In this document: piece by piece, positions 8,602 through 11,739 of the stretch
How positions within the stretch are numbered: the first letter of the stretch is position 1
How the letters are laid out: each line of letters starts with the position of its first letter
Origin: Candidatus Izemoplasmatales bacterium
Lineage (GTDB): Bacteria; Bacillota_I; Bacilli_A; Izemoplasmatales; Hujiaoplasmataceae
Direction: 5' to 3'
DNA length: 11,739 nucleotides
NCBI GenBank assembly: GCA_050177605.1
Contig: JBFXGX010000027.1
Location: forward strand, 7,351-19,089
Made by a program: the position numbers and the translations under genes
The notes under the pieces: generated by a model
Seen by the model: the letters and a program-made list of their open reading frames with translations, nothing else
The model's database searches: none
What the model was told of the DNA's origin: nothing

Positions 8602-9840
8602 ATGAAGATTAAAGATGTTAGATTATCAGTTTCATATACGGGGTTCTTTTTTGATGATCAAAAAGCGATTAAAGCTGGGGCAACACTGGATGGACTTATT
8701 TATGTTGGCACACCAATCATTGATGGATTTACTACAATTAGGCAAAAGGGCGAAGCCATTTCAATACAGATAATTCTAGAAGATGGTACCGTTGGCTATG
8801 GGGACTGTGCAGCCGTTCAATACTCCGGTACAGGTGGAAGAGATCCATTGTTTTTAGCGAAGGATTATCTTCCTTTTATGAAGGACCATATCGTTCCGTT
8901 ATTAATACAAGAAAACATTGGAGAGTTTAAAAAACTAGCTGAAAAATATGATCATTTAGAAGTAGAGGGTAAAAAACTCCACACTGCAATCAGGTATGGC
9001 ATTACACAAGCTTTGTTAAACGTCACTGCAGCATTTCAAAAAGTTACGATGGCTGAAGTCATTCGTAAGGAATACGGCATTGAAGATACAACTTATGAGC
9101 CTGTTCCTGTATTTACTCAATCAGGAGACGATAGATATACAAACGTAGACAAGATGATTTTAAAAGAAGCTGATGTTCTTCCTCATGCGTTGATTAACAA
9201 TGTAAAAACAAAACTTGGAGAAAAAGGCGAAATTCTTAAAGAGTACGTTGAATGGCTCAAAAACAGAATTTTAAAATATAGAGTTAGTGAAGACTACAAT
9301 CCAATACTTCACATTGATGTATATGGAACAATTGGTGTAGCGTTCAACAATGATTATACCTTAATGACCGAATATCTTCTTGATTTGGAAAAATCAGCAT
9401 TCCCATTCATACTCCGCATTGAAGGACCAGTGGATACTGGAGACAGAGAAGGGACAATGCTAGCATTAAAAGAATTAACTAAACGTATTGATGAAATACA
9501 TTCAACGGTTGAAATCGTTGCTGATGAATGGTGTAACACACTAGAAGACATTGAGTATTTTGCGGATAATAAAGCAGGTCATATGTTACAAATTAAAACT
9601 CCAGATTTAGGTGGAGTTAATAATGTTGCGGATGCAATCATCTATTGTAACAAAATGAATATTGGATCTTATTGTGGTGGTACTTGTAATGAAACGAATA
9701 TCTCCGCAGAAGTAACAACGAATATTGCAATTGCATGCAAAGCAAAACAATGTTTAGCAAAACCAGGTATGGGAGTAGATGCAGGGTTTATGATTGTAAA
9801 AAATGAAATGAATCGAGTACTTGCAAGAGCAAATAAATAA
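8602..9840 (+). CDS. mal: 3-methylaspartate ammonia-lyase, 412 aa
   Basis: GFFFDDQ, GDCAAVQYSG, QSGDDRY, LPHALINN, the metal-ligand motifs HIDVYG / IEGP / VADEWCN, QIKTPDLG (catalytic Lys), GGTCNET and LAKPGMG. Confidence 0.97.
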   Translation: MKIKDVRLSVSYTGFFFDDQKAIKAGATLDGLIYVGTPIIDGFTTIRQKGEAISIQIILEDGTVGYGDCAAVQYSGTGGRDPLFLAKDYLPFMKDHIVPLLIQENIGEFKKLAEKYDHLEVEGKKLHTAIRYGITQALLNVTAAFQKVTMAEVIRKEYGIEDTTYEPVPVFTQSGDDRYTNVDKMILKEADVLPHALINNVKTKLGEKGEILKEYVEWLKNRILKYRVSEDYNPILHIDVYGTIGVAFNNDYTLMTEYLLDLEKSAFPFILRIEGPVDTGDREGTMLALKELTKRIDEIHSTVEIVADEWCNTLEDIEYFADNKAGHMLQIKTPDLGGVNNVADAIIYCNKMNIGSYCGGTCNETNISAEVTTNIAIACKAKQCLAKPGMGVDAGFMIVKNEMNRVLARANK

Positions 9841-9853
9841 ATGAGGTGAAAAG

Positions 9854-10111
9854 ATGAAAAAAGGGATCGCAGGTTCAAAGGAATCAAGTGACTGCTTGAT
9901 TAGTGTTTCAGAAGCGAAAGAACAATCGATTGAAATTAATAGTTCTGTTGGAGCCTTTTTTTATCAGCAAATCAAACAAGTTGTCATGTCTACACTTGAA
10001 GAAAAGGGATTGACAAATGTATCGGTCATTGTTGATGACCGAGGCGCACTTGATCAAACGATCAAGGCAAGATTATTAGTCGCGATTGAAAGGATGAGAG
10101 AAGATGATTAG
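9854..10111 (+). CDS. citD: Citrate/citramalate lyase acyl carrier protein (gamma subunit), 85 aa
   Basis: AGSKESSD carries the prosthetic-group serine (codon 9884-9886); also SSVG and DRGALDQTIKARL. Shine-Dalgarno GAGGTG at 9843-9848. Confidence 0.92.
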   Translation: MKKGIAGSKESSDCLISVSEAKEQSIEINSSVGAFFYQQIKQVVMSTLEEKGLTNVSVIVDDRGALDQTIKARLLVAIERMREDD

Positions 10112-10961
10112 AAGTTTATTGTTTATTCCTGGCAATCAACCAAACTTAATTCAAAATGCTTTTTTGTTTGAGTCAGATGCAATCATTTTTGACTTAGAAG
10201 ATGCTGTTCATGTTGATGAGAAAGATAATGCAAGAATGCTTGTCCATCAATTTGTGAATATGCAAAAAACTCAAAGTGAGACAAAAATATTTGTTCGGAT
10301 AAATTCGATGGATACACCTTTTTTTCAAGCAGACTTTGACTTGTTATCAAAAGATCCGATTGACGCCTTTGTTTATCCAAAAGCGACAATTGAAGATGTA
10401 ACTTTGCTTTCAGACATGATCTCCAAGTTAAATAAACAATTATCTATTTTGCCAATTGTAGAAGATGCAACTGGGATTCTATCAGCAAATGGAATCGCAA
10501 AGATTCCACACGTAATCGGATTATTCCTAGGTGGAGAAGATTTGGCTCGTGATTTAGAAGTAAAAAGAACAAAAGAGTCTTTAGAGCTGTTATATGCACG
10601 ACAACATATTATTATGGTTTGTGCTGCGAATAAAATATTATCTGTCGACACGCCATTTACAGATGTTTTTGATGATAGCTCTTTTCAAAAAGATGTTCTC
10701 TATGCTAAAAGTCTTGGAATGAAGGCGAAATCAGCTATTCATCCACGTCACATTGATTTTATTAATCAATCTTTTTCACCTTCAAAAGCGGATATTGAAT
10801 ATAGTTTTAAGGTGATGAAGGCATTAGAAGTGGCAACGAAAGAAAAGAAAGGTGCTTTTAGTGTTGACGGAAAAATGGTCGATAAACCTGTGATTGATAG
10901 AGCAAAGAATACGATTGAAGTTGCTAGAAAACTTCATTTGGTGAATCAAAATGAAGAATAG
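10104..10961 (+). CDS. citE: Citrate/citramalate lyase beta subunit (CitE family acyl-ACP/CoA lyase), 285 aa
   Basis: RSLLFIPGN, FDLEDAV, VRIN, PK, GGED, DTPF, KSAIHP, GKMVDKP. Overlaps citD by 8 nt. Confidence 0.92.
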   Translation: MIRSLLFIPGNQPNLIQNAFLFESDAIIFDLEDAVHVDEKDNARMLVHQFVNMQKTQSETKIFVRINSMDTPFFQADFDLLSKDPIDAFVYPKATIEDVTLLSDMISKLNKQLSILPIVEDATGILSANGIAKIPHVIGLFLGGEDLARDLEVKRTKESLELLYARQHIIMVCAANKILSVDTPFTDVFDDSSFQKDVLYAKSLGMKAKSAIHPRHIDFINQSFSPSKADIEYSFKVMKALEVATKEKKGAFSVDGKMVDKPVIDRAKNTIEVARKLHLVNQNEE

Positions 10962-11739
10962 TCTAAATCGTGAAGTCCCTAATGGGATGACTGGGTTTGT
11001 ATCGAGTGATAAATATAAAAACAATCAAAGATTACTTCGTAAAGAGAAAGACTTATCCAAGGAGATAAAGTTTTTTGAGCGACTTGAAGATGCCTTTGAT
11101 TTTTTTAATATCCAATCTAATCAAACATTTTCCTTTCATCATCATTTAAGAAATGGCGATGAGGTCATTAATCAAGTATGTGAAATGATTCATCATAGAA
11201 ACTTGACAAATATATCTTTAGCACCTAGTTCAATTTTTCCAAGTTACTTAGGTATCAATATGTTAATCGAAGAAAAACGAATAAAAGATATCTATACCTC
11301 TTATTTAAACGGTGATGCATCATCTTTGATTCAAAAGGGATACTTAAGCGGTCTTCTTCATATGCAAACACATGGAGGAAGAGCGCGATCAATCGAGAGC
11401 GAAGAACTATCGATTGATTTTGCGTTTCTAGCTACTCCAACAGTAGACAAGAATGGAAATGGTAGTGGAGCAGTTGGCCCAAGTTCATGTGGCACTCTTG
11501 GTTATGCAATCAGTGATTTACATTATGCAAAAAAAGTTATATTAGTAACGGATCATCTCGTTGATAAGCTTGATACTTATCAATTTGATGGCAGATATGT
11601 AGACGGGGTTGTTGTTGTCTCTAGTATTGGCCGTAGAGAAGGAATCGTATCTGGAACAACGAAAATAACACGAGATCCAATAGGACTGAAAATCGCCAAA
11701 TATACAGCTTTCATACTTGATAAACTGAATATTATTAAG
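10951..11739 (+). CDS. citF: Citrate/citramalate lyase alpha subunit (ACP/CoA transferase), first 263 codons, runs off the window
   Basis: Not in the ORF track. Manual translation: MKNSLNREVP...TFSFHHHLRNGD...LAPSSIF...THGGRARSIE...IDFAFLATP...GNGSG...CGTLGYA...GIVSGTTKITRDP. No stop before the window end; overlaps citE by 11 nt. Confidence 0.93.
   Translation, partial: MKNSLNREVPNGMTGFVSSDKYKNNQRLLRKEKDLSKEIKFFERLEDAFDFFNIQSNQTFSFHHHLRNGDEVINQVCEMIHHRNLTNISLAPSSIFPSYLGINMLIEEKRIKDIYTSYLNGDASSLIQKGYLSGLLHMQTHGGRARSIESEELSIDFAFLATPTVDKNGNGSGAVGPSSCGTLGYAISDLHYAKKVILVTDHLVDKLDTYQFDGRYVDGVVVVSSIGRREGIVSGTTKITRDPIGLKIAKYTAFILDKLNIIK

Noticed and set aside
897..11024. Minus-strand ORFs (897-1106, 1275-1496, 3694-3909, 4206-4481, 6267-6662, 9354-9551, 9669-9887, 10183-10389, 10373-10651, 10824-11024) and the + strand ORF 4579-4761
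   Set aside because: All overlap well-supported genes and show no recognisable motifs; they are shadow ORFs.
1..11739. Alternative genetic code (UGA=Trp, or CGG/AGG reassignment)
   Set aside because: No gene contains an in-frame TGA and all Trp codons are TGG. CGG and AGG occur at conserved Arg positions (KamA PIRAQ, CitE VRIN, KamD ERLD, Mal AIRYG).
1..11739. CRISPR arrays, IS elements, tRNA/rRNA, tandem repeats
   Set aside because: None seen. The window is nearly all coding, and the A-runs (e.g. 7121-7128) fit the base composition without breaking any frame.

Overview
AT-rich, almost fully coding window with every gene on the + strand. It looks like a low-GC anaerobe of Bacillota type, but the taxon cannot be fixed from this sequence. 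Two adenosylcobalamin (AdoCbl)-dependent amino-acid fermentation modules sit back to back. The first is lysine fermentation: the 3' end of kdd, then kamA, a kamB-like P-loop protein, kamD and kamE, followed by a PduO-type corrinoid adenosyltransferase. The second follows a near-consensus sigma-A promoter with an overlapping palindromic operator and covers glutamate fermentation via 3-methylaspartate: glmS-glmL-glmE, mal, then citD-citE-citF (partial), probably acting as citramalate lyase. Points of note: kamB has no ATG/GTG/TTG start upstream of its Walker A motif and appears to start at an ATT that looks like a collapsed ATGA stop/start overlap; kamC is missing from its usual place; no mesaconase lies between mal and citD; none of the 12 stop codons is TGA. 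No RNA genes, mobile elements or CRISPR arrays were seen. Family calls come from motif recognition, not database searches.
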